Positions 16,604-26,364 are shown, numbered from the stretch's first letter. The stretch is 32,000 bases of DNA from an uncultured archaeon (GCA_964354495.1 CAYHAA010000013.1:58681-90680); one strand, 5' to 3'. Notes: a model not told the origin generated them from the letters alone. Translations and numbers: made by a program.

Positions 16604-17809
16604 CTACATGAACTGGTTCAGCAGCCTGACAAAGGTCTTCGCCGCCATATCCACAGGAAGTGGCAGGCGGCACCGAATAAGTGGCTCAAGAAATCTGACT
16701 CCAGCTAGCCGCATACATATGTCAGTAACCGCGTCTGATGGCATAACTAGATCTGCAACTCTAAGGACTCTTAGTGCAGTCACTAACTCATGACCAAACT
16801 CAGCTCTCCATAGTTCTTCGTAGGTCGACAGAGGTTCGTTCTCTGTCAGGTACCTAACAACAGATTCGCCTGCGATACGGCCTCCGCATAATGCAGTCGG
16901 AATTCCTCCACCATTTGATGCCATCACATGCCCAGCTGCATCCCCGACTAGCAATGCATTTTGATGCCACGTTTGGTGAAGGGGACCGCCCATAGGGATT
17001 ATTGCACCTATTCTTCGAATGACCTTCGCGCTCTCGACCCTGTGTGCTAGGAGAGAAAACACAAACCGTTCTAGATACTTCTTGAGAGGGGTTGCATCAC
17101 TACCGACACTTCGTCTCATACCAAAACCGATGTTGGCAAGCCCTTCACCCCTAGGAATGACCCAAGCATAACCGCCTGGTGCTATCCTCTCACCAAAATA
17201 CATCTCTACCACAGACGGTTCCACATCGAAATCATTCATTACATATTGGAGAGCTGGGCTGAGGTCTGACTCGGGGTGAATGAATCTCGGTCCCATCGAG
17301 CGAGCCACAATGGATCTAGGTCCATCGGCTCCTATGATAGCCTTAGCAGTCATTTTGTGTGTCGTACTCTGAGTTCTGACAGTCAGTTCATTCTTGCCTT
17401 GTCGTTTCAATACCGTTGAATGAAGCTGAAGCTCAGCACCCGCATCTATGGCGTTCTGCGCAAGTTGTTTGTCCAATCTCGACCGGTCAACAATGTTGGC
17501 TTCAAAGGGAAACTCAAATGTACTGCCATGTGGTGAAATCAGGCGAATGAATTTCGTCCTGTTCGTGATGAATTCCCTTGGCACATCGACAGCTCTAGGC
17601 ATCATTTTGGAGCGGGGAAACAGTCTTCGTGTTTCTGACTGCGTGGGTATGATCTCGCCACACTGGACTGGCGTGCCCGCTATAGACCTTCGGTCTAGAA
17701 TGAGTGTTCGTAGATTGCTCCTAGCGACTACCTGAGCTGCAGAAGACCCTGCTGGTCCAGCTCCAACTACTGCAACATCATAAGTTTGACTCACGAGTAG
17801 CCACTCCAT
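16604..17809 (-). CDS. Geranylgeranyl/prenyl reductase family FAD oxidoreductase
   Basis: DVAVVGAGPAGS, PVQCGE, IIGADG..S, APGGYAWVIP, ANIGFG, LLVGDAAGHV...GGGI. Confidence 0.92.
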   Translation of the reverse strand: MEWLLVSQTYDVAVVGAGPAGSSAAQVVARSNLRTLILDRRSIAGTPVQCGEIIPTQSETRRLFPRSKMMPRAVDVPREFITNRTKFIRLISPHGSTFEFPFEANIVDRSRLDKQLAQNAIDAGAELQLHSTVLKRQGKNELTVRTQSTTHKMTAKAIIGADGPRSIVARSMGPRFIHPESDLSPALQYVMNDFDVEPSVVEMYFGERIAPGGYAWVIPRGEGLANIGFGMRRSVGSDATPLKKYLERFVFSLLAHRVESAKVIRRIGAIIPMGGPLHQTWHQNALLVGDAAGHVMASNGGGIPTALCGGRIAGESVVRYLTENEPLSTYEELWRAEFGHELVTALRVLRVADLVMPSDAVTDICMRLAGVRFLEPLIRCRLPLPVDMAAKTFVRLLNQFM

Positions 17810-17830
17810 GAAGTGAATGGCTTGCGCAGG

Positions 17831-17836
17831 TATAAA
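17831..17836 (-). promoter_or_regulatory. Putative TATA box of the prenyl reductase gene (leaderless spacing)
   Basis: TTTATA on the minus strand, about 22 nt upstream of ATG 17809. Confidence 0.45.
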
Positions 17837-17848
17837 GTGTTTTGAAAC

Positions 17849-18862
17849 TCAGACAGTTGGCTGTAACTTACTATCAAAGTGGGTCCTCAATCGAGCTTTT
17901 GCTCCTATGACTATAATCACAGCCGCCCCAACGACAAGTATGCAGCCGGTATCGACGAAGCCGCCTTGGCTGTATCTAATCCGACCGTTGAATACAATGA
18001 CATCCTCAGTGAACTGACTGATGTTGAACTCCCATATTGCCTCAGTAAGGATTCCATCCTGTGACACGGTTAGCGTTTCATCTGGGTGGAACTCTGTTTC
18101 CAAAAATGCGGCATGCTCGATGATGCGAAGGTGTATCTTCTCATGAGTGTCACCTATGAAAGTCCGAGCACTTCCTACGATGTAATAGTATTGGAATAGG
18201 TCTGTGTTAGTCAGGATGTGGACAGAGTCAGAAACTACTGTGAAGATGAGAGTTGTGTTTGCCATAAGTTCAAGGTCAAACACAGCAAAGTCGGCGAACG
18301 GATGAACAAATGGAGCATGGTATAGGAAGTCATCAGTAAATCCGCTTTCGATAAAATCATCCCAAAACACGATTGTGTAATTCATTATGGTTCCATTTGC
18401 TGCGATCTGCATGGTCCCATTGGTCTGGAAGGATATTGGATTACCAGATTCATCTGTTGACATAAACACAATACCAATCTTGCTGAAGGAAGGATAGACA
18501 AATGCAAGAGTCGCATTCTGTGTGACGTTTGTATAGATTGTAAACACAGCTGTCATATTCACCGTTGCATAGTCGGCTATTCTAGTGATATTGATGCTGA
18601 CGTCTGCATAGGGCATGCTAATATCAGTCCCATTGTGAAACGTAGAGCCCTCCAGCATCATTGCCACATTTCCCATGTTCGCATCGCACCGCGGAATCTT
18701 TATGGAAGCAATTGTCAGGGATAGCAAACTGAATGCGAGAAACAATGCAATCTCTTTTCGACTCATAGACCTACCAACCGGTATCAAGTATAGAAGATGA
18801 AGACCTATCTTTCTTGTTGTGTACGTAGTGAACCATTGGTCAGACTCTGCAAGTGAACTCAC
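17849..18862 (-). CDS. Hypothetical exported, membrane-anchored protein; probable start ATG 18766
   Basis: Signal-like MSRKEIALFLAFSLLSLTIA, a beta-rich Asn/Thr-rich body with several N-x-S/T sequons, and a C-terminal TM segment (CILVVGAAVIIVIGA). Confidence 0.75.
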   Translation of the reverse strand: MSSLAESDQWFTTYTTRKIGLHLLYLIPVGRSMSRKEIALFLAFSLLSLTIASIKIPRCDANMGNVAMMLEGSTFHNGTDISMPYADVSINITRIADYATVNMTAVFTIYTNVTQNATLAFVYPSFSKIGIVFMSTDESGNPISFQTNGTMQIAANGTIMNYTIVFWDDFIESGFTDDFLYHAPFVHPFADFAVFDLELMANTTLIFTVVSDSVHILTNTDLFQYYYIVGSARTFIGDTHEKIHLRIIEHAAFLETEFHPDETLTVSQDGILTEAIWEFNISQFTEDVIVFNGRIRYSQGGFVDTGCILVVGAAVIIVIGAKARLRTHFDSKLQPTV

Positions 18863-18917
18863 AAGGCGATGCGATTATTAGAGAGTCAGCTGAATCCAAA
18901 ATAGGCAGGGAGTCATC

Positions 18918-21518
18918 ATGACCAAGCAGACACCGATGCAGCGGCAGTATCTTCAGCTGAAGAAACAGTATCCGGACTGCATTCTGATGTTCAGACTTGG
19001 TGACTTCTATGAGATGTTCAATGAGGATGCAAAGACTGCAAGCAAAGCATTAGACATTGTCCTGACTGCAAGGGGAGAGGGGGTCAGCCGCTGGCCGCTA
19101 TGCGGGGTTCCTTTTCACGCCGTCGACGGTTATATTGCCAAGCTGCTACAGCAAGGCTACACAGTAGCAATGGCGGACCAGATGGAGGACCCCGCGCAAG
19201 CAAGGGGTCTTGTCAAACGAGATGTTGTCAGAGTCATCACACCTGGAACCGTCTTGGAGAGTTCCATGCTCGAGGATGCAACGAACAACTTCTTGGTAGC
19301 GGCAATTGAACACTCAGGTGTTGTTGGCATAGCAGCCGTTGATGTATCTACAGGCGAATTCCAAGCAACACAGATTGAGGGGCACATTGACAGCGAGCCA
19401 GTGATGAATGAAATAGGGCGACTAGCCCCCTCTGAAACACTCCTGCCCGATGCTCTGGCCAGGTCGGAAGCAATGAGAAGGCTGCAAGAAACAGGCACTC
19501 ACATCACATTCAGAAACGATATTGACTTCTCTATTGCAAACGCCGAAGTCATACTCAAGGAACACTTTGGAGTCGCCACTCTCGAGGGTTATGGTATCAC
19601 GGATAAGCCAGCGGCGATGGGAGCATCTGGTGCAGTCTTGTCGTACTTGAGGGACGTACATAAAACGAGTACGGTTTCTCTCTCAGGGCTCAGAACATAT
19701 ACTGTTGATGCTCATTTGGTCATTGACAGTCAAACACAGAGGAATCTTGAGCTCATCAAGAATGCCAGAGATGGAACACCTCGCGGAACACTTCTCAGTG
19801 TCCTATCAAGGACAGTCACGCCGATGGGAAAGCGCAAGCTAAGGCAGTGGATTCTGCAGCCTCTTCGAGATGTTGAAGCGATTGAAAAGAGATTAGACGC
19901 TGTGGAAGAGCTGGCACGGGACGCACTGATACGTCAGCGGATTGCAGGGAGTCTGAGGGACATCGGAGACCTAGAGAGAATCACAAGCAGAATCGTCTTT
20001 GGAGCGTCTGGAGCAAGAGACCTCCTTGCACTGAGAAATTCCCTCTCCAAGCTGCCCACAGCAAAAGAAGCACTCTCATCCTGCTCTGCCGAGGTCATAC
20101 GGGACTCCGCTGGGTCTATTGATCCATTGACTGGACTTCACGCCACGCTTAAGTCAGCCATAGTAGACGATCCTCCTATCTCAGTCAGAGATGGAGGAAT
20201 GATAAAGCGAGGATTCAGCAAGGAGCTTGACTCACTGAAGGACTCGATTGCCTCTGATAAGAAATGGATTGCGGCCCTTCAAGAAACCGAGAGAAGGAGG
20301 ACTGGCATCAAGTCGCTGAAGGTCGGATTCAACAAGGTCTTTGGATACTACATCGAGATCTCGAGGTCCAATCTCAATATGGCACCAAAGGAATATGAGA
20401 GGAAACAGACTCTTGCCAATGCAGAGAGGTTCATCACACCTGACCTCAAAGATAAGGAATCAGCAGTCCTTGCTGGCGAAGAACGCATCAACAAGGTTGA
20501 GTTCGAAATTTGTGAGGAACTGCGTGAGAAGGTTGGCGACGCATCCAGCATACTGCGTGATAATTCCGGCACATTGGCTACAGCCGATGTTCTGGTATCA
20601 CTTGCTGATGTTGCTGTGAAAGGGAGGTATTGTAGACCGAGTCTGACCAATGGCACACGCATTAGAATCACAGATGGCAGACACGCGGCACTTGAGGTCA
20701 TGCTGGGTGCGAATGAATTCGTGCCCAATGACATCGAAATAGGTGATGGAGGCACATCTCTCATAATTGTCACAGGGCCGAATATGGCCGGGAAATCGAC
20801 GTGGATGCGGCAGTGTGCCATCATCGTTCTTCTTGCACAGATGGGCTCCTTCGTTCCAGCAAAGAACGCAGAGATAGGTCTCGTGGATAGAATCTTCACT
20901 CGAGTTGGTGCCTTTGACGATCTGACTGCGCGACAGAGTACATTCATGGTCGAAATGATAGAGACAGCAAACATCCTCAACAATGCCACTGAGAGAAGCC
21001 TTGTAGTACTCGACGAGATAGGAAGAGGAACTTCGACATTCGATGGCATGGCACTAGCATGGGCAGTTGCTGAGCGAATTGTCCAATTGAAAACGCGCAC
21101 CCTGTTTGCGACTCATTTCCATCAGCTCACAGACATGGCAGCCCAATTCCATGGTGTCAAGAACGTGCACACCCTAGCAAAGGAAGTCGGTGACAAGATT
21201 ATCTTCATGCACAAGGTGATTGATGGCGGGAGTGATAAGAGCTATGGGATTCATGTGGCTGCCCTGGCAGGAGTTCCTGAAACAGTTGTCAGGAGAGCCA
21301 GGCAGATTCTTCAGAAGATTGAGAGAGAGAACAGAGTCGCTGTTGGCGAGAATACTCCAGATTTCAGTGAAACTGAACAAGCTAGTCTTGAGTCATTGGC
21401 CGTAGAGGATCCTCTAGTAGAGAAGTTAAGAAATATGGACCTTGACAGGACAACCCCCTTGGATGCTCTGGTACAACTCAAAGAGATGCAAGAGGACGCA
21501 AAGAAGAGGAAACTCTGA
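18918..21518 (+). CDS. mutS: DNA mismatch repair protein MutS (MutS1 type)
   Basis: TPMQRQY..LK..YPD.ILMFRLGDFYEMF, GVPFHA, TGPNMAGKST, DRIFTRVGA.DDL, STFMVEM, LDEIGRGTST.DG, FATH, SYGIHVA.LAGVP. Confidence 0.98.
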   Translation: MTKQTPMQRQYLQLKKQYPDCILMFRLGDFYEMFNEDAKTASKALDIVLTARGEGVSRWPLCGVPFHAVDGYIAKLLQQGYTVAMADQMEDPAQARGLVKRDVVRVITPGTVLESSMLEDATNNFLVAAIEHSGVVGIAAVDVSTGEFQATQIEGHIDSEPVMNEIGRLAPSETLLPDALARSEAMRRLQETGTHITFRNDIDFSIANAEVILKEHFGVATLEGYGITDKPAAMGASGAVLSYLRDVHKTSTVSLSGLRTYTVDAHLVIDSQTQRNLELIKNARDGTPRGTLLSVLSRTVTPMGKRKLRQWILQPLRDVEAIEKRLDAVEELARDALIRQRIAGSLRDIGDLERITSRIVFGASGARDLLALRNSLSKLPTAKEALSSCSAEVIRDSAGSIDPLTGLHATLKSAIVDDPPISVRDGGMIKRGFSKELDSLKDSIASDKKWIAALQETERRRTGIKSLKVGFNKVFGYYIEISRSNLNMAPKEYERKQTLANAERFITPDLKDKESAVLAGEERINKVEFEICEELREKVGDASSILRDNSGTLATADVLVSLADVAVKGRYCRPSLTNGTRIRITDGRHAALEVMLGANEFVPNDIEIGDGGTSLIIVTGPNMAGKSTWMRQCAIIVLLAQMGSFVPAKNAEIGLVDRIFTRVGAFDDLTARQSTFMVEMIETANILNNATERSLVVLDEIGRGTSTFDGMALAWAVAERIVQLKTRTLFATHFHQLTDMAAQFHGVKNVHTLAKEVGDKIIFMHKVIDGGSDKSYGIHVAALAGVPETVVRRARQILQKIERENRVAVGENTPDFSETEQASLESLAVEDPLVEKLRNMDLDRTTPLDALVQLKEMQEDAKKRKL

Positions 21519-21538
21519 ATCTGCGACTGACCTGTAGA

Positions 21539-22943
21539 CTACTCTGCTTCAACTGATTTCTTGGTTGACTTCAGCTCTACCTCCAGCTCTTCAACACTGA
21601 CCCTCGGTTCAATACTCTTAGTCGCAAGAATAGCCAAGATGACGATGTTTAGAATAAGGGCGCCAAGAATGAGCGGAACGCCTTCATAATAGGTGTAGAT
21701 CAACCCTGAGAAGATAGGCGCGATTGTGCCCACAATCAAGACAAGAAGCGTCGATAGACCCAACATCTTGCCGAGATCTTTCCTTGGCAGGGACTTCTGA
21801 ATGTAGGCATCTATTGTTGTCCACCAGAGACTATCATTCGTTGTCTTCATGGCGGTAGCGATGAATGCAAGCGAGAGTATCACTCCGAAACCGGGATAGA
21901 TATTATCGAGAACTGCAACCCATGGTTCCGGGGCTATGTACTTCACTTGCTGAGCGATGAGTAGCAGACTCAACGCAACGGGCATGACTGAATATACTGC
22001 AATGGTTATCCTCTTTCCGCCCCTCTTATCGAAGGCTCGACCTAATAGAAGTGTCAATGGAACTGACAATGCGAGGGTAATCAACATCATCAAGAATATC
22101 TGGCCTATGTTGAACTCCAAGGTTTCATTGACGTAGAATAAGTTGGAGTACCCATACATGTTATCGCTGAGCGCGTCAATCATCATCACGAGGATGAACA
22201 CCGGGAATATTCTCACAAGCAGTCTTAGTCCTCTTAGGCTCTCCTTAACGAAGTCCCTGATTATCGACGAGTCTCGTTCTCGCTCAGGAATTGGCGTTGA
22301 ATCAAGCCAGATTATTCTGATGATGATTGTGAACAAAAAAGGCAACAGCACCGAAGAAGAACACTGCTCTCATAATCAGTATGAATTCCCATCCACTGTT
22401 GAACAATACACCCATGGCAAAGAGCGGGCCAAGTCCGAAAAGAGCTCCTAGGGTGAAGAGTGATACTGCGACGCCACCGTACTTCCGATCGGTCACCTGA
22501 AATATGTAGGCTGTGCCGCCTTGGCCTGTGAAATTCCCTGAGGCCATGGTGAGCAGTCCTAATGCAACTAGCTCAATCCTATCAGCAAACGAAAGGATAA
22601 GAAAACCAACACCATTGAAGACCATGGTGGCAATTGCGAGATTTCTCCGATTGTAGTTGTCCGCCAGATAACTAGCGACGAGGTTCCCAACCAGTGTTAC
22701 AGCTGTGATTAACGAAAACAACAGACCTAGTGTAACATAGGCAATACCGAGGTCGCGGAGATACAGACCCGGAAAGTTCCATACAATGTTGAGACTCGCC
22801 ATGATCCAGTTTGTTACTATGAAGACCTTGAAGTTCTTGTTTGACATCAACTTTCGGACAATCTGACTCCACGTATCATCCATTGTTTGTTTGGAAGGGG
22901 GATCGGGCACATCCATTGGTGTATCACCTAGCTCATCGACCAT
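21539..22943 (-). pseudogene. MFS transporter split by a +1 frameshift at a T6 run (plus-strand A6 at 22335-22340); pseudogene or sequencing error
   Basis: ORFs 22302-22943 (N-half; YLADNYNRRN, MFS motif A-like) and 21539-22351 (C-half; GRAFDKRGGKR, DLGKMLG) join as ...GAVAFLFTIIIRIIW... if one T is removed. Confidence 0.85.
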
Positions 22944-23182
22944 GACCAGTCAGACAACCTAATGCAATGTATGTTGAGAAAACGCGAAACGAATCACCAG
23001 TGAACGGCTAATGAACGTCGCGATAGACGCATGATGTGTCATTGCTTCAAGGCATTCTTGTTTATCGTGCGGAAGTCGTTCCAGCTTTCATGGAGATGAA
23101 GAAATTCACGAATGTCTAGTCAGATGGAAAGCCATTTTAGTTACGAATTGTAACCGTTGGTATATTCATTATAGTTAACAGA

Positions 23183-23376
23183 ATGGAAGGTCTGAAGAAA
23201 GGAGTTCAATCGTCCTCAGGATATCTTGATGCGGCATTCCAGCTGCGGTAGCGTATGCTGAAGGCCTAGCAAAGGAATACACTGCTAGGGCAAAGGATGC
23301 ATTGAAGGGCAGTGACTTCGCTGAGAAAGAACTCCTCGAACTACTAGCAGACTATGAAACAGGAAGAGAAAGATGA
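23183..23376 (+). pseudogene. Remnant of the C-terminus of a second polyprenyl synthase
   Basis: Frame 1 gives EGLKKGVQSSSGYLDAAFQL, then a second frame gives AVAYAEGLAKEYTARAKDALKGSDFAEKELLELLADYETGRER*. This aligns with KGRKQLIQNLDEGDVDSAF...SIEYSTETAKEFVESAKDRIRGSNFSNEELLMLLADFAVKRQY* of 15555-16592. Confidence 0.8.
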
Positions 23377-23658
23377 GAATCAGCAATAATGAGAGCAAGT
23401 CATAGATTCATCAGTTTCATATGTCCATACTTTCTTCGACATGCAAGATTCTTCAATGGTTTTAATCAAGAGGCACTCTCCACAATCTACTCAGTCTCGC
23501 TGAATTAAGCTGGAACACGAGTGTTGTTTTGAGACATGAAGAACGAACCAACAGATTTTTGTTAGACACAAACAAGAATGCCGGAGAATATCTTTGCGAG
23601 AGCCATCCTGATTGAGAGGTGCAGCGTAGAGTAGACTCGCAGACCGAGGATTGAGAAA

Positions 23659-24216
23659 GTGGATTATCCCATAGTCATAATCACGCTGGGCATTTCCTTT
23701 CTTGTTTTTCGAATTTGGCTTGTAGAGATCAAGCTGGTCGACGAGCTCCAGTTTAGACGCAGGTACTTCAGCCGATTCTTTGGCTACTATGGTTGCCTAG
23801 CGCTCGTTTTCGGACTAGGTTTCTATCCGTTCAACATAATGGTAATGATAGCCTTTCCAATCCTACTAGTGACATCAATTTGGGATGTTAACTTTTATCG
23901 CAGGTTCAGTACCCAAGCTTATTGGACGAAGAATAGAAGATGGGTTCTGGTTGAAAGACTTACTCTACATCCGCCTATAGTCATAATAGCTCTATTCATG
24001 ATTTTCAATGATGCCAGAAACTACATCCAACCTCCTAATCTAGTCATTATGGTAGTCAGTGTTCTCATTCTCTTTATTCCGTTCTTTCTCCTTGATGAAC
24101 GCTGGACACGACATTACAAATGGCCGGAGGCTCTAATCGTGATTGGGCTGATTGTCTCCTCTGGGATATCTTTGCTTCTTGCAGAAATACTTCTTTGGGG
24201 TGTTCCACTTTGGTAG
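23659..24216 (+). CDS. Hypothetical multi-pass membrane protein
   Basis: 185-aa ORF with about six hydrophobic segments; no recognised motif. Confidence 0.75.
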   Translation: MDYPIVIITLGISFLVFRIWLVEIKLVDELQFRRRYFSRFFGYYGCLALVFGLGFYPFNIMVMIAFPILLVTSIWDVNFYRRFSTQAYWTKNRRWVLVERLTLHPPIVIIALFMIFNDARNYIQPPNLVIMVVSVLILFIPFFLLDERWTRHYKWPEALIVIGLIVSSGISLLLAEILLWGVPLW

Positions 24217-25514
24217 ACGAAAGAGATAGGTCATGTGACTCGTTCTTGGAATATTTCAAGGAATCTACATTGCTCAAGGTGGGTCTAGCTTTTAATCTCC
24301 TTTATTTTGTCTGTGTAATCTCAGGATTGATCTATTTTCTCCTTGAGGGAACACTCCATGAAACAGTCTTTGTAGTAGATTTCCGAGTTTTCTATGAGGC
24401 GGGTCAAGTATTCCTGATCACTCCAAGCGAAATCTACTCCGTCAATCCGAATGGACTCCCATTCAGATACTTCCCCTCGTTTGCGGCATACATGGCTCTA
24501 TTCACAAATGTACCGTTACTCACCCTCTACTTGGTCAACATCACGCTGATGATGATATGTAATCTGGGCATAGTCTATTCTGCGTATAGAGTGAGTCTGC
24601 AAGTTGGAGTGACCCCTTCTACAAAGAACTTCGAAAGAACGCTACTCTTTGTGTTCATTGCACCTCAACACATCATCAATATCATATTTGGTCAAGTCAC
24701 GCAACTCGCGATACTTCTTGTCTTACTATCTTTGTTTCTCCTGCAATCCTCGAAACATAATTCATTTGGTTGGTTTCTCTGTGTAGGTGCCTTAATTGGA
24801 ATAGCCTCAACCCTCAAACCTTTCTTTCTCATCTTCATTCCATTTCTTATTCCGATCAGCATGTCTAGCCAATTTCGCATTAATATCCCACGTGGACAGC
24901 TTACTGGGGTGGCATCAGGATTTCTTCTATCAACGCTCCCCAATATTGCTTACTTCATCACTTACCCGACTGCGCTAGACGCATTCATTCAAGTGAATCT
25001 CGTCGAGGATCTCACAGGTCAACACAGTACAAGCATAACCAAGCTGATCATAGCTCTCACAGCATTCCCAGACTCGTTTCTTCTTCAAGTCGCAACCATC
25101 ATGATTTTGGGCGGTTTCATATTCTTCAGAAGCTATGTTCGATTTGTTAGGACTCCCGCGGCCCAGAAGAACTATCTTCACCACTTTGCTGACATGATGT
25201 TCTTGGTTCTGCTAGTTTATCCTGATTCATGGTTCCTCTTTCTGGCGGCTTGGTACGCCTTTCTCGGCCCGTCAATGCTTCAGATCTATAGCGGCAAAAG
25301 ATTCCAAGAGGAAGGAACTCGATCTCTTGACATGCTCTGGTCGGGAGCGAATAATTTGCTTGCTTTCTTCTCTATTGGTATTCTTCTGCATTATCTAGTA
25401 CTCGGTTTTGATCCGATAATTCCAATCTGGCTGATCATTCTCTATATATTGTATCATCGCGTTCTCGCTCATGGCAACAACAAGACTACGTCAAACCAGA
25501 TCGTAGTTCCATGA
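24120..25514 (+). CDS. GT87/DUF2029-like polytopic glycosyltransferase; real start probably TTG 24270 or GTG 24279
   Basis: VDFRVFYEAG, FRYFPSFA, NIIFGQVTQL, IASTLKPFF; many TM helices. The ORF-track N-terminus overlaps the previous gene and is probably not translated. Confidence 0.72.
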   Translation: MAGGSNRDWADCLLWDIFASCRNTSLGCSTLVDERDRSCDSFLEYFKESTLLKVGLAFNLLYFVCVISGLIYFLLEGTLHETVFVVDFRVFYEAGQVFLITPSEIYSVNPNGLPFRYFPSFAAYMALFTNVPLLTLYLVNITLMMICNLGIVYSAYRVSLQVGVTPSTKNFERTLLFVFIAPQHIINIIFGQVTQLAILLVLLSLFLLQSSKHNSFGWFLCVGALIGIASTLKPFFLIFIPFLIPISMSSQFRINIPRGQLTGVASGFLLSTLPNIAYFITYPTALDAFIQVNLVEDLTGQHSTSITKLIIALTAFPDSFLLQVATIMILGGFIFFRSYVRFVRTPAAQKNYLHHFADMMFLVLLVYPDSWFLFLAAWYAFLGPSMLQIYSGKRFQEEGTRSLDMLWSGANNLLAFFSIGILLHYLVLGFDPIIPIWLIILYILYHRVLAHGNNKTTSNQIVVP

Positions 25515-25645
25515 CTTTCTTCGACTGAGGTACATAGTACACGCAAGGTCTGGGGAGGGGTCCTAGTTGCAGCAGTCAAACCTCCAATTCCTGCTCCTAC
25601 GATAATTACATCGTATTCAGACTTGAGTAGTCTTTCTGAAGTCAT
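25469..25645 (-). pseudogene. Truncated N-terminus of an FAD/NAD(P)-dependent oxidoreductase
   Basis: MTSERLLKSEYDVIIVGAGIGGLTAA is a clean Rossmann GxGxxG, followed immediately by unrelated sequence and a stop. Confidence 0.7.
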
Positions 25646-25819
25646 GATTGGCATAAGAGTTAATAATATTATCAAATATGTAAAAAAGGGCTCGGCTGTT
25701 ACTTATCAACCCCGAGAACTGCTGCAATTATCTCAGAATAATGAAGTCAAGACCTCTTGACTGCCTGGTCAAGGAACGTAGGATTATATCTCTCCGTTAG
25801 ATGTAATTCGTGATGAGCC

Positions 25820-26272
25820 ATGACCTCGGATGAAGTGTTTGAAGCAATCTCGCACCCAATGAGAATCGCTATTCTGAATGAATTGGCAAAGGGGCCTATT
25901 CGATTTGCAGATATCAAGAGAAGATTACGAATCAAGAGCAGTGGTCTCTTAGATTTCCACCTCAAGAAGATGGTGTTGATTCTGACAACTGACAGAGACG
26001 GACTGTACGCCTTGAATGACAGAGGATTCGCCGCCCTTCGCGCAATCAACATTGTTAGGAACTATGGTTGGCAGAGAAGGTCTTGGATGGTCAATGTGCT
26101 ATTGATGTCCATGATCAACATCTTCTTTCTCTTCGCAGCCTTTGACCTCTTCATTTTCACCGCTATCCCAACGATTTGCTGGATCGTGTTCTATAGTTAC
26201 TGGACTTTTGTGAGGAGAGGGATTCGTCTGAGAGGCAACGGAATTGACACAGAAGACGTGGAGGGGTCCTAG
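25820..26272 (+). CDS. ArsR-like winged-helix regulator with a C-terminal two-TM anchor
   Basis: VFEAISHPMRIAILNEL...SSGLLDFHLKKM...GLYALNDRG, followed by two hydrophobic helices. Confidence 0.85.
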   Translation: MTSDEVFEAISHPMRIAILNELAKGPIRFADIKRRLRIKSSGLLDFHLKKMVLILTTDRDGLYALNDRGFAALRAINIVRNYGWQRRSWMVNVLLMSMINIFFLFAAFDLFIFTAIPTICWIVFYSYWTFVRRGIRLRGNGIDTEDVEGS

Positions 26273-26364
26273 TTGGAGGTACCGCGCGGATGTAAAGAAC
26301 CATATTCCTACAATACTGGATTCTTTACAACTGTATTTCATAACGTACATACTACTATTGGAGC

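Noticed and set aside
20348-21100. 250-aa minus-strand ORF
   Set aside because: It is an antisense shadow of the mutS ATPase domain.
23227-23229. In-frame TGA before the prenyl-synthase relic as a selenocysteine codon
   Set aside because: The homology upstream continues in a different frame, this family has no Sec site, and no SECIS-like hairpin was seen; simple decay explains it.
22944-23658. tRNA, ncRNA, CRISPR array or IS element in the longest intergenic stretch
   Set aside because: By eye there is no T-loop or cloverleaf, no regularly spaced repeats, and no terminal inverted repeats or transposase; only the prenyl-synthase remnant was supportable.
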